From Candidatus Nanohalobium constans (GTDB lineage Archaea; Nanohalarchaeota; Nanosalinia; Nanosalinales; Nanosalinaceae): DNA of 32,000 nt. A model generated the notes under the pieces. It was not told the origin of the DNA and searched no databases. It saw only the letters and a list, made by a program, of their open reading frames with translations. The position numbers and the translations under genes are program-made. How positions within the stretch are numbered: position 1 is the stretch's first letter; each line of letters opens with the position of its first letter. Where the stretch lies: assembly GCF_009617975.1 (NCBI RefSeq), contig NZ_CP040089.1, positions 750,001 to 782,000 on the forward strand, in the 5' to 3' direction. Below are positions 1-8,060 of the stretch, piece by piece.

Positions 1-18
1 AGAACTTTGTAGTGAAGA

Positions 19-1323
19 ATGATGGAAAGTAGAAAAAAATCACTAGGCTTATTTTTTATCTTACTTACTTCTATTGCCTTGGCTGCAGGCTTCTCATATA
101 ATACTCCGTTAGATGGCGGTGAAAGTGGTTTAGAACTTATTCAAACATATTCAACCGAAACAATACCTGGAACGACGGATAACGAACTTCAGACATTGAA
201 GACACTATCAAGCTGCTACCTTCTGAATGATATTGAAACATTGGGAGATTGCATAGATAGTTACGAGGAAGACATGCCAGTGGGCGTGGAAGAGGTTTTG
301 GATATTGATAATGATGAGGAAGATTCTTCTGATCCAGGGGACGCTGAGGTTGATGATTACCTTCAGTTGGATGAGGGTGGTACCCGGATAGAGTCTTCTG
401 AGGTTGGGGATGGCAGCGACCTGGTTGTTGAGTTGGATGTTAGTATAGGTGATGAGGTTAGGGATTATGGTTCGAGACCGACTTTCAATCTTATGAGAGA
501 TGGTGAGGAGGTTTCTTCGATTTCTGTGAAGTGGGATGAAGGAACGGTTGAGTTTCCTTGGAGTGATATATGGAATGGAGAAAGGGAAGATGATGTGAAT
601 TTTGATTTAGAGATGGAGGGAAGCGAGAGTGGAGATGCCCATTGGAAGAGGCAGATAATCAATGATATAGGTACAGTAGATATCAGTCGTTGTGGCTCCG
701 ATCATGTTTACAGCAGTTTCCATGATAAGTATGGTATTACAGGGTTTGATGATTGTATTGAAGTTAACGAAGGTTTATCTGATTCAGTTGAGGATATTCA
801 TGATGAGACAGGATGGAGTTTGGAAGCAGAGCAGAGTGTGATCCATACTATTTCATCTGTCAGTAGTTCAGATGGTGATGAAGACAGAACACTTGAAATT
901 AACACCGGGGACTCGGGCTTCTGCGGCAGAATTTACTTTGAAAACAACTTTGACGGCGGGGAAGGAGAATACACCTTTGATGCCGAAATGGTTGAAATGG
1001 GAGGTAACCATGACCCGCAGGAATTTATTATAGAGGTTAACAAAGACGAGGTAAAATCTGCAAATATTGGCGGCGGAGGCTCAAATTCGTTCAATGTTGA
1101 ACTTGAGGATGGAGACCTGGTAAGAGTAGGGATCAACGGATATGGAGATAAGTCGTACGATGAGAGACCTCCTCTCGGATGTAACAGTTATCAGTCAAGA
1201 ACCCATGTGGCAGTCGATGTCCCAGGCAACTTCAAAAGTGGTGAGGACAGCTCATCATCAAACGACTGCACAATATACGAAGAGGGAAGCAGAAACAGAC
1301 AACAATGCGAAAGATACAGCTAA
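19..1323 (+). CDS. Secreted or anchored acidic protein, unknown function
   Basis: 434-aa ORF. The N-terminus MMESRKKSLGLFFILLTSIALAAG is basic then hydrophobic, like a signal sequence. The rest is D/E/G-rich with scattered Cys. I recognise no family motif. Confidence 0.6.
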   Translation: MMESRKKSLGLFFILLTSIALAAGFSYNTPLDGGESGLELIQTYSTETIPGTTDNELQTLKTLSSCYLLNDIETLGDCIDSYEEDMPVGVEEVLDIDNDEEDSSDPGDAEVDDYLQLDEGGTRIESSEVGDGSDLVVELDVSIGDEVRDYGSRPTFNLMRDGEEVSSISVKWDEGTVEFPWSDIWNGEREDDVNFDLEMEGSESGDAHWKRQIINDIGTVDISRCGSDHVYSSFHDKYGITGFDDCIEVNEGLSDSVEDIHDETGWSLEAEQSVIHTISSVSSSDGDEDRTLEINTGDSGFCGRIYFENNFDGGEGEYTFDAEMVEMGGNHDPQEFIIEVNKDEVKSANIGGGGSNSFNVELEDGDLVRVGINGYGDKSYDERPPLGCNSYQSRTHVAVDVPGNFKSGEDSSSSNDCTIYEEGSRNRQQCERYS

Positions 1324-1333
1324 ATAAAAAATT

Positions 1334-1363
1334 GAGGAGAAAAATTTGTTCTCCTCTCTTTTT
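1334..1363. terminator. Hairpin plus T-run between convergent genes (possible bidirectional terminator)
   Basis: GAGGAGAA (1334-1341) pairs perfectly with TTCTCCTC (1349-1356) across a 7-nt loop. An A-run lies upstream and a T-run downstream. It sits in the 38-bp gap between the convergent ORFs 19-1323 and 1362-3110. Confidence 0.4.
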
Positions 1364-3110
1364 ACCATTCTCTTACTAGGATGGCTGCTGTGATTACTAG
1401 TGCTAGTAGGATAGCTGCTGTTAGTTTGACTAGGTTGCCTGATGTTTGTAGGTTTCCTAGTGCTTGGCTGAATTGTCCTGTGATTCCGTTACTTAGTTGG
1501 TTGGAGTTGTCTTGGATTGCTTCTTCTATTTCTTTGCCTATGACTAGTTCTACTGTCTGACTTGTTGTGGTGTTGGTTCCTGTTGCTGTTGCTGTGATTT
1601 GGACGTTTCCTTCTTTCTTGAATGGGATTCCTGCGTACATGTAGGCAGTGCTTGTCTGTCCTGCGCCAACTGTCAGGTTGCTTGGTTTGATGTTGACCCA
1701 TTCTGGTCCTTCGTAGGCTAGTTCGTAGGTGTTTTCCTGTGTTCCTGTGTTTTCTAGTTGGACTTCGTAGACTACTGAACGGTTTTCTCCTGCGCTTGCT
1801 ACTTCAGGTACGACGTTCATTGATACATCCCAGCAGTTTTCTACATTTACTGTGGTTGTCCCTGTCTTGACTGGTTCTTCGTATGTTGATGCTGTTGCTG
1901 TTGTCTTTACTTTGTAGTTTCCTGTTTCTAGTGTTGTTGCGTCGACTAGCGTGGTTATTTCTGCGGTTTCTCCTGGTTGGATTTCTGCTTCCTGTGTCTG
2001 TAGTGTTCCTCTGTTGGTCTCGAGGTTGAATGTTTCTGTTGTTTCTCCTGTGTTTTCTATGTTTGTCTGTACTTCTGCTCTTTCGTTCTCACATACATTG
2101 ACGGACTGTGTTGGATATGTGATTTCCATGTCGTTGCCGTTGTATGCTTTGAGTGTTGCTGTTGTTGACGTGCTGCTTCTTCCTTTTGCTTCGATGTTGA
2201 TCTTGTTTTTGCCTAGTTCTTCAGGTGTTACTTCTAGTTGAACTGTTTCTGTTGTTTCTCCGTCTACTTCTACAGGGTTTTCTGTGAATTCTCCTGTGTT
2301 TGCTGATAGTGTGAATTCATCTTCCTGTGTTCCTGTGTTTCTGATTGTTACATCGAATTCTGCTGTTGTGCCTCCTGCTGTCTCCTGCTCTGTCGGCGTT
2401 ACCGATGTTTCTGATGAGTAGCAGGTTTCTACGTTGAATTGCATGTTTTCTATGTCTTGTGCGTAGCTTGTTGTGCTTGTTGCTCTTAGGTTGAAGTTTT
2501 GATTGGTTTCTGTGTCTGATTTTGTTGTTAGTGTTACTTGTTTGGTTTCTCCGTCTTCCAGAGTTACTGTGTTTTGTGATAGTGTTCCTTGGTCTGTGCT
2601 TAACTGGAATTCTTCTTGTTGGATTCCGTTGTTGGTTACTTCTACGTCGTAGGTTGCTGTTTGTCCTCTACAGACTGTTTGACTGTTTCTGTCTACTTCC
2701 ATTTCTACGTCGTGTTCTCTGATTACTGTTGCTACAATTTCTCCGTTGTATGTGCTGCCTGTTGCTCGGCTTTCAGCAGTTACAGAGAAACTATATGTTC
2801 CTTCTTCACGGTCTTGTGAAGGGTTGTACCATACATTGACTGTTTCTTCCTGTCCTGCTCCAAGTGTTACTCTCTGAGGTGCGATGTCTATTTCTTCGTT
2901 GTTAGAACTTGTGAACGTATATGTGTCTTCTACAGGACCTACGTTTTCAATTGTGGCTTCGTAAGATGTGAATGAGTCAATTCTCGTGCTTGACTCAGAA
3001 GGGAAAACTGTGATTTCTGCCTGTGAGGCGGCTGCTAGTGTCGTCGTTGCAAGTATCAAGGTTGCAAGTATTGTTAATTTTTGGAAATTCATTTGTGGAA
3101 TTGTCACCAT
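1362..3110 (-). CDS. Thr-rich cell-surface protein with repeated beta-sandwich (CARDB / COG1361 S-layer-like) modules and a C-terminal membrane anchor
   Basis: 582 aa. Signal peptide MNFQKLTILATLILATTTLAAASQA. At least five repeats share the motif x-N-x-G-xxxxx-(F/Y)-x-L: IENVGPVEDTYTFTS, VTNNGIQQEEFQLST, IRNTGTQEDEFTLSA, IENTGETTETFNLET, LENTGTQENTYELAY. The C-terminal hydrophobic helix is LVKLTAAILLALVITAAILV. Confidence 0.75.
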   Translation of the reverse strand: MVTIPQMNFQKLTILATLILATTTLAAASQAEITVFPSESSTRIDSFTSYEATIENVGPVEDTYTFTSSNNEEIDIAPQRVTLGAGQEETVNVWYNPSQDREEGTYSFSVTAESRATGSTYNGEIVATVIREHDVEMEVDRNSQTVCRGQTATYDVEVTNNGIQQEEFQLSTDQGTLSQNTVTLEDGETKQVTLTTKSDTETNQNFNLRATSTTSYAQDIENMQFNVETCYSSETSVTPTEQETAGGTTAEFDVTIRNTGTQEDEFTLSANTGEFTENPVEVDGETTETVQLEVTPEELGKNKINIEAKGRSSTSTTATLKAYNGNDMEITYPTQSVNVCENERAEVQTNIENTGETTETFNLETNRGTLQTQEAEIQPGETAEITTLVDATTLETGNYKVKTTATASTYEEPVKTGTTTVNVENCWDVSMNVVPEVASAGENRSVVYEVQLENTGTQENTYELAYEGPEWVNIKPSNLTVGAGQTSTAYMYAGIPFKKEGNVQITATATGTNTTTSQTVELVIGKEIEEAIQDNSNQLSNGITGQFSQALGNLQTSGNLVKLTAAILLALVITAAILVREW

Positions 3111-3130
3111 ACAATAACACTCGAAACAAC

Positions 3131-3140
3131 TTTTTTATAT
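3131..3140 (-). promoter_or_regulatory. Putative TATA box for the 582-aa surface protein gene
   Basis: The minus strand reads ATATAAAAAA. It is centred about 26 nt upstream of the start codon at 3110, which fits an archaeal leaderless or short-leader promoter. Confidence 0.35.
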
Positions 3141-3214
3141 TCGTCGATAGTTACAGACAAAGGTGAGTAAGAAGTAACAAAAATAAATGGAGAAAAAGGG
3201 TTTGAGGCGTTTAA

Positions 3215-6200
3215 TCAAAAGCCTAGGAAACCTGTAACTTTCTCAACGAACGAACTTGACCTAGGCTGGTTCTGTCCGCCGATTTCCAGGGTTATTTCTT
3301 TTCTGTAGACATCCTGGTTATCTGCGTCAACTACTAGTTCTGGCGTGTAAGTTCCTTCCTCTCTTGGGGTGAGGTAGAAGTAGACTGTCTTTCTCTCACC
3401 CGAGTCCAGGACTACTTGTTGGTTGCTCTGGCTTAGCCAAGTACTTGGAATGTCCTGTAGCTCAAGGTTGTAGCGTGTCTGTTCTTTCTGAGTGTTGTAA
3501 AGCTCTGCTTTTACCATTCCGTCCCCTGATTCTACTGATGCTACCTGGCTTGGGAACGAGGATACCTCTACATCTGTCTCCAAGACGTTGACTGTTGTCT
3601 TTGATGTGCTTGATTCTCCTCGAGTTATGGCTGTTACCTCGTATGTGTGTGTTCCTGGGTCGGAGGCTTGGATATCGAAGCATACTTTGCCTTTGTCGTT
3701 GGTTGATTGAACTACTTCGCCATCTCTGACAAGTATTACCTTGGCTTTGATCTGGGAGTTTACTTCCGAGCATATTTCGTAGCTTTCACCTTCGAATACC
3801 TTGCGAGGTGCATCTACATAGCCTACGTTGGCTGTAGGCAATACTTCTATTTCTCGGGAGGATGATGCGTCTCCTGAGGTAGCTGTCACTGTCTTCATGC
3901 CTATAGAGTCCATCCTGATGAACGTCTGGTAGTATCCGTCTGGCTGTGTGCTTACTTTAGCCTTTCTGTCACCGTTTACATCGATGGTTACCTGGCTTCT
4001 GCTGGTTACTCCGTCGACGAAACCTGATACCTTGACGGTGTCCCCTACTGAAGCCTTGTTCGGATCTAATGGGTAGGATAGCTTCATTGATAGGGAGGTT
4101 GGATCGGTTCTCGGTGGCTCTGTCGGAGCACAGTCTTCTACTGTGACAGTTCTTGATGCTCTATCTGTGGTGCCGTTCTGAACTCTTATGTCGAATCTCT
4201 CTGTTCCTGATCCTTGGACGTTTGTGAATCTGAGGGTTCCTGAAACAGTGTCTCCTTCCTCGACTACATACGTATTTGTGATTATGTTTGAGTCGAATCC
4301 TGAGGCTGTTGTCTGTGCAGATTCATCGTAGTCCTCGTTGTTTCTTACTGTGTAGTCTACTGAAAGCGTGTCGCCTCTGCAGACTGAGTCCGGGTAGTCG
4401 ACTGATGTGATTTCCAGTCCATCTTCCCTGTCGGTTAGTCTGAATGTTCTTCTCTCTACTTCGTCTTCATCTATGTAGACGGTTCCTGTTCTGCTTCTTG
4501 ATCTACCTCCAAGTTCTTCTACCTGGATGTCATAGCTTCCTTCTTCAAGCCTGAATCGTGTGAATCCACGTGAGTCAGTGAGCCTGGTCTGGTCTTCAGG
4601 TCCGTCAACTTCGACACGGGATTTAACCCAGTCCCCATCCTCGTCAAGCACTGTTACTTCTAACGTTCCGGTATCTCTGGATCTTCTCTTCTCGAGTGTG
4701 AATTCAAGTTGTTCCTGGTCGTCTTCGTAAAGCCTTATGTCTTCAGATTCTGTTCTGTAGTCGCTGTGCGAGACAGTTACCTCATAGTCTCCTGGTTCAA
4801 GACCGAATCCTGCGTTCCCTCCTCTGTCAGTGTACCTGGTTCTGTCTTCCGGACCTGATACTCTGATCTCAGCTCCTCTGATTGCGTCTCCGTATTCGTC
4901 TTCGACTTCTACGTCAAGGTTTGCGTCCTCTTCAGTGTCTTGAAGCACTACCAGTTGCTTGTTAAGCTGTGGGAAGGATAGGCTGCCACAAGGATCTCCC
5001 TCAGTGGAGACCTGAGCACGGATGAACGAGTCCTTATCCGGGCTAACTCTTTCAGTGACAGTCCGGGAATCATGGGATGATACCGTGACAGTTCGCTCAT
5101 CTACTACATTGTTGTCAACCTTGAACCTGACCTCAATATCCTGTGGCTGATCTGCCGAGTTGAATACACGGACCTCAGCGTCAGTCGATTCTCCTTCCGT
5201 TATAGTGTAGTCCTCCAGTGAAAGCGAGATATCTCTTTCACTTACACCGCACACTCTTTCAGGTCTATCAACATCCACATACCTGGTTCTGGAGTCGGTC
5301 TGACCTGAGTCATCCTCAACAGTCAAAGTCACAGGATAACTTCCTCTGCTGTCGAAACTATGTGTTACTTCTCTACCGGAGTTGGAGGAACCATCCCCAA
5401 ACTCCCAATCATAATCAACAATCCCCTCATCATCACTGCTTCTACCAGCATCAAAACTTACTTCCTCATCGACCTCAGGACTTGAAGGACTGTACGTGAA
5501 ATCCGCATCAGGATCACTGTCATAGTCATCTCTGGACTCTACGTAAAATGACTCCGTCTCAGAATCAGTGTCTTCACCATCATCAACCTCAACACCCCAG
5601 GTGTAGTCCTCACCTCTCTCAAGATCCCAACTGCTTGGAGGCTGGAAACGGATAAACTCATTCGCATCGCCCTCACTGTCATACTCATCAAAACTCCTGC
5701 TGTGAATAGGATTACTGAACGGATAACCATCATCATCCACAACAAGCCTAACATCCTCCATATCATGATCATCGTCATCATAAACAATCCACTTATACCG
5801 CGGAGACCGATCACTGATATCACCATCGGGACTACGAAGATCAACATTCGGAACATCATTCTCATCATCGCTGCTATCGGAATCATCATCGTCATTGTCT
5901 CCATTATCGCCGTCACCAGAATCAGAATCATCATCGTTACTATCTAGATTGACATTGAATGACATTTTTTCCTCATAGGTTTCTCCATCTTCCTCCACTT
6001 TGATGCCCCATGTATAATCACCCCTATCTTCAAGATTCCAATCGTTCGAAGGTTGATACTCAATCACTCTATTCACATCAGCCTCAGAATTATAGTCCTG
6101 AAAAGTCTCCTTATGTAAGGAACCATCAAAGGGAGAACTATCATCATCTACAGCCAATGTAACCTTGTCCACATTCGGTCTCTCATACTCAACCTCCCAA

Positions 6201-6661
6201 CTGTACTCCGGAGACTCATCATCGATACTGCCTTCAGGACTTTTCAAATCAATATCAACTTTAGGACTTGCTTTTGTGAATTCAACCTCTTTCATACTTG
6301 ATACATCAGTTAGTGTGTCTACTCCTTCTGCTTCTGCATAAACGTGGAGTTGCTTACTTCCCGAATGGTCCGGACTGTAGTCATCTACTCCGACATTACA
6401 GGTATTAGAGTTGTCACAACTTTCTGATTCTATAGGCTCCCATATTCCTGTTGGACCGTCTCTAACAGCTATTTCAATGTATGTGAGGCTGCTGCCTTCT
6501 GCAGCACCTTCAAGTGTAACTCCCTCATCCAATCCTATGGAATCAGGTATGCTGTCACTGTTCTCAAAATATACCTCAGATACTGCAGCCAGATCAGCTG
6601 AAACTGATCCTACAGCAACAACCATAAATACTGAAACCATCAGTAACTTGCAATGGTTCAT
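3215..6661 (-). CDS. Large secreted multidomain surface protein (PKD domain, two CarboxypepD_reg-like domains, CARDB-like domains)
   Basis: 1148 aa. Signal peptide MNHCKLLMVSVFMVVAVGSVSA. PKD-like segment DADFTYSPSSPEVDEEVSFDAGRSSDDEGIVDYDWEFGDGS...YPVTLTVEDDSGQTD (about nt 5264-5515). Two tandem carboxypeptidase-regulatory-like repeats, LDVEVEDEYGDAIRGAEIRVSGPEDRTRYTDRGGNAGFGLEPGDYEVTV and LEVTVLDEDGDWVKSRVEVDGPEDQTRLTDSRGFTRFRLEEGSYDIQV (about nt 4436-4924). The start overlaps the upstream stop in an ATGA at 6658-6661. Confidence 0.85.
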   Translation of the reverse strand: MNHCKLLMVSVFMVVAVGSVSADLAAVSEVYFENSDSIPDSIGLDEGVTLEGAAEGSSLTYIEIAVRDGPTGIWEPIESESCDNSNTCNVGVDDYSPDHSGSKQLHVYAEAEGVDTLTDVSSMKEVEFTKASPKVDIDLKSPEGSIDDESPEYSWEVEYERPNVDKVTLAVDDDSSPFDGSLHKETFQDYNSEADVNRVIEYQPSNDWNLEDRGDYTWGIKVEEDGETYEEKMSFNVNLDSNDDDSDSGDGDNGDNDDDDSDSSDDENDVPNVDLRSPDGDISDRSPRYKWIVYDDDDHDMEDVRLVVDDDGYPFSNPIHSRSFDEYDSEGDANEFIRFQPPSSWDLERGEDYTWGVEVDDGEDTDSETESFYVESRDDYDSDPDADFTYSPSSPEVDEEVSFDAGRSSDDEGIVDYDWEFGDGSSNSGREVTHSFDSRGSYPVTLTVEDDSGQTDSRTRYVDVDRPERVCGVSERDISLSLEDYTITEGESTDAEVRVFNSADQPQDIEVRFKVDNNVVDERTVTVSSHDSRTVTERVSPDKDSFIRAQVSTEGDPCGSLSFPQLNKQLVVLQDTEEDANLDVEVEDEYGDAIRGAEIRVSGPEDRTRYTDRGGNAGFGLEPGDYEVTVSHSDYRTESEDIRLYEDDQEQLEFTLEKRRSRDTGTLEVTVLDEDGDWVKSRVEVDGPEDQTRLTDSRGFTRFRLEEGSYDIQVEELGGRSRSRTGTVYIDEDEVERRTFRLTDREDGLEITSVDYPDSVCRGDTLSVDYTVRNNEDYDESAQTTASGFDSNIITNTYVVEEGDTVSGTLRFTNVQGSGTERFDIRVQNGTTDRASRTVTVEDCAPTEPPRTDPTSLSMKLSYPLDPNKASVGDTVKVSGFVDGVTSRSQVTIDVNGDRKAKVSTQPDGYYQTFIRMDSIGMKTVTATSGDASSSREIEVLPTANVGYVDAPRKVFEGESYEICSEVNSQIKAKVILVRDGEVVQSTNDKGKVCFDIQASDPGTHTYEVTAITRGESSTSKTTVNVLETDVEVSSFPSQVASVESGDGMVKAELYNTQKEQTRYNLELQDIPSTWLSQSNQQVVLDSGERKTVYFYLTPREEGTYTPELVVDADNQDVYRKEITLEIGGQNQPRSSSFVEKVTGFLGF
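5540..6259 (-). repeat. Intragenic tandem duplication of a ~100-aa module, separated by a poly-Asp/Ser linker
   Basis: Residues ~135-237 (VDIDLKSPEGSIDDESPEYSWEV...RGDYTWGIKVEEDGE...SFNV) and ~273-374 (VDLRSPDGDISDRSPRYKWIV...GEDYTWGVEVDDGED...SFYV) align along their whole length. The linker NLDSNDDDSDSGDGDNGDNDDDDSDSSDDENDV lies at nt 5846-5950. Confidence 0.8.
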
Positions 6662-7947
6662 TGTCCCACCTCACATCTAACTCCTTCATCGTAAAGCTGA
6701 CCTTCTTTTGTCCCACCATCATAAATGTTGATGACTTCACCAGATTCACTTTCACTGCTCTGTACAATTTCATAATTGAAGTTTTCAGGATCACCTAAAG
6801 TTTCTTCTATTCTGCCAGCCTGACTATCTGAAAGACAACTATCTACAAAATCCTGTCCCTCATATGTTTCACCATAAACGAAGTCTGGCTGAGTACCTGT
6901 CCCACTACCACCATTATCTCTATCATCTGTGTCACTATTCATATAGTCTAATCCAGAGAATAATGCAGCTAGCCCTGAAAGCCCAAACACACCTATTTTA
7001 GCGCCATCTCTGAGATACCCTCTTCTAGTTTTTTCTCCATCAAGAATATTGGCAAATCCTTTCCCGTAGGTATCCTCTCTATCTCCAACATGCTCAGCTA
7101 CAATGTTTTCTATCCTATCGTAGTCAGTATTGTCTACATCAACTACTTCTACCTCCAGACTTTCGTCAAGCATTCTCTGTATTCTATCGTACTCCACATC
7201 ACTTCCAAAGTCTATATCGGCTCCTTCAATTGCTGCCTCCAATGTATTTTGACCAACATTTACTGTGCCATTGAACCTTGTGTCCACCGTTATATGCTCT
7301 GCAATTTCTTCTTCATCTAGGTAGCTCGCAACTATTTCTTCATCTACATCCATTTCTGCCGCAATCCTGGACTCATCTACCCCTGGAACACCCAACTCAG
7401 CAGCAACCAGCGCAGCAAGCTCATTCGTATCAATATCAGCATCTAATCTATCATAATCTATGTTTTGCTCAAGATGCCGGGCAAAAGTACTGTAGTCAGG
7501 ATCAATATTTACAGGTCCACCCTCATAATTCTCGAATGCAGCAGCGACCTCATTTGAAACTACATCCCCGATATCTGCTACTACATTTTGATACATGCCA
7601 ACAGAATCAAAGAAATCAGCTGCGTATCTGACAGCTTCTTGAGTGTTAGACTGTAATGCTCTTGCGTAATCTTCTTGCTTGTCTTCGTCCATATTTAGGA
7701 TATGTTCAACCCTATAAGATCTGTCTTCTTCATCCCAGAGTTCTTCTTTAGCATTTTCCTTCTGTTCATGTAATGTCTTTACTCTTTCTCTCGTCTCATC
7801 ATCAATGAAACGGCTGTCCTCAAACAGGTCAAAGAGATTCTCCGTTATCTCCACCGTCCACCGGTTCGTATCAAAAGCCTCAATGACAGCTTTCTCACCG
7901 ATTATATTATTGACATCATCGTTATCATTTGGCATTTTCAAGTCCAC
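6658..7947 (-). CDS. Acidic bitopic membrane protein, unknown function (first gene of the surface-protein operon)
   Basis: 429-aa ORF from GTG 7947. A more likely start is ATG at 7935, preceded by AGGTGG with 8-nt spacing. About 300 aa of D/E-rich N-terminal region is followed by TRRGYLRDGAKIGVFGLSGLAALFSG (a TM helix) and a ~95-aa C-terminal tail containing 2 Cys. Confidence 0.65.
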   Translation of the reverse strand: MDLKMPNDNDDVNNIIGEKAVIEAFDTNRWTVEITENLFDLFEDSRFIDDETRERVKTLHEQKENAKEELWDEEDRSYRVEHILNMDEDKQEDYARALQSNTQEAVRYAADFFDSVGMYQNVVADIGDVVSNEVAAAFENYEGGPVNIDPDYSTFARHLEQNIDYDRLDADIDTNELAALVAAELGVPGVDESRIAAEMDVDEEIVASYLDEEEIAEHITVDTRFNGTVNVGQNTLEAAIEGADIDFGSDVEYDRIQRMLDESLEVEVVDVDNTDYDRIENIVAEHVGDREDTYGKGFANILDGEKTRRGYLRDGAKIGVFGLSGLAALFSGLDYMNSDTDDRDNGGSGTGTQPDFVYGETYEGQDFVDSCLSDSQAGRIEETLGDPENFNYEIVQSSESESGEVINIYDGGTKEGQLYDEGVRCEVGQ

Positions 7948-8030
7948 CTGTTGTTACTTATAGGTAAAAGTATTAAATATCTTTTGCTTTAGAATGTTGT
8001 CACTAAAACCACATCAATAAAAAGCTACAC

Positions 8031-8041
8031 ATCATATATAC
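8031..8041 (+). promoter_or_regulatory. Putative TATA box for the 8061 gene
   Basis: ATCATATATAC lies about 20-30 nt upstream of ATG 8061, inside a 113-bp divergent intergenic region. Confidence 0.3.
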
Positions 8042-8060
8042 ATTTGTGGTGTAACCAAAC

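Noticed and set aside
1362-1460. PGF-CTERM/archaeosortase sorting signal at the C-terminus of the 582-aa surface protein.
   Set aside because: The C-terminal helix lacks the PGF tripeptide (the sequence is ...SGNLVKLTAAILLALVITAAILVREW). I call it only a generic membrane anchor.
5539-5947. M/I/R-rich ORFs (5539-5934 on the minus strand, 5702-5947 on the plus strand) over the poly-Asp region.
   Set aside because: They are alternative-frame artefacts of the GAT/GAC/ATC-rich repeat that encodes the Asp/Ser linker of the 1148-aa protein.
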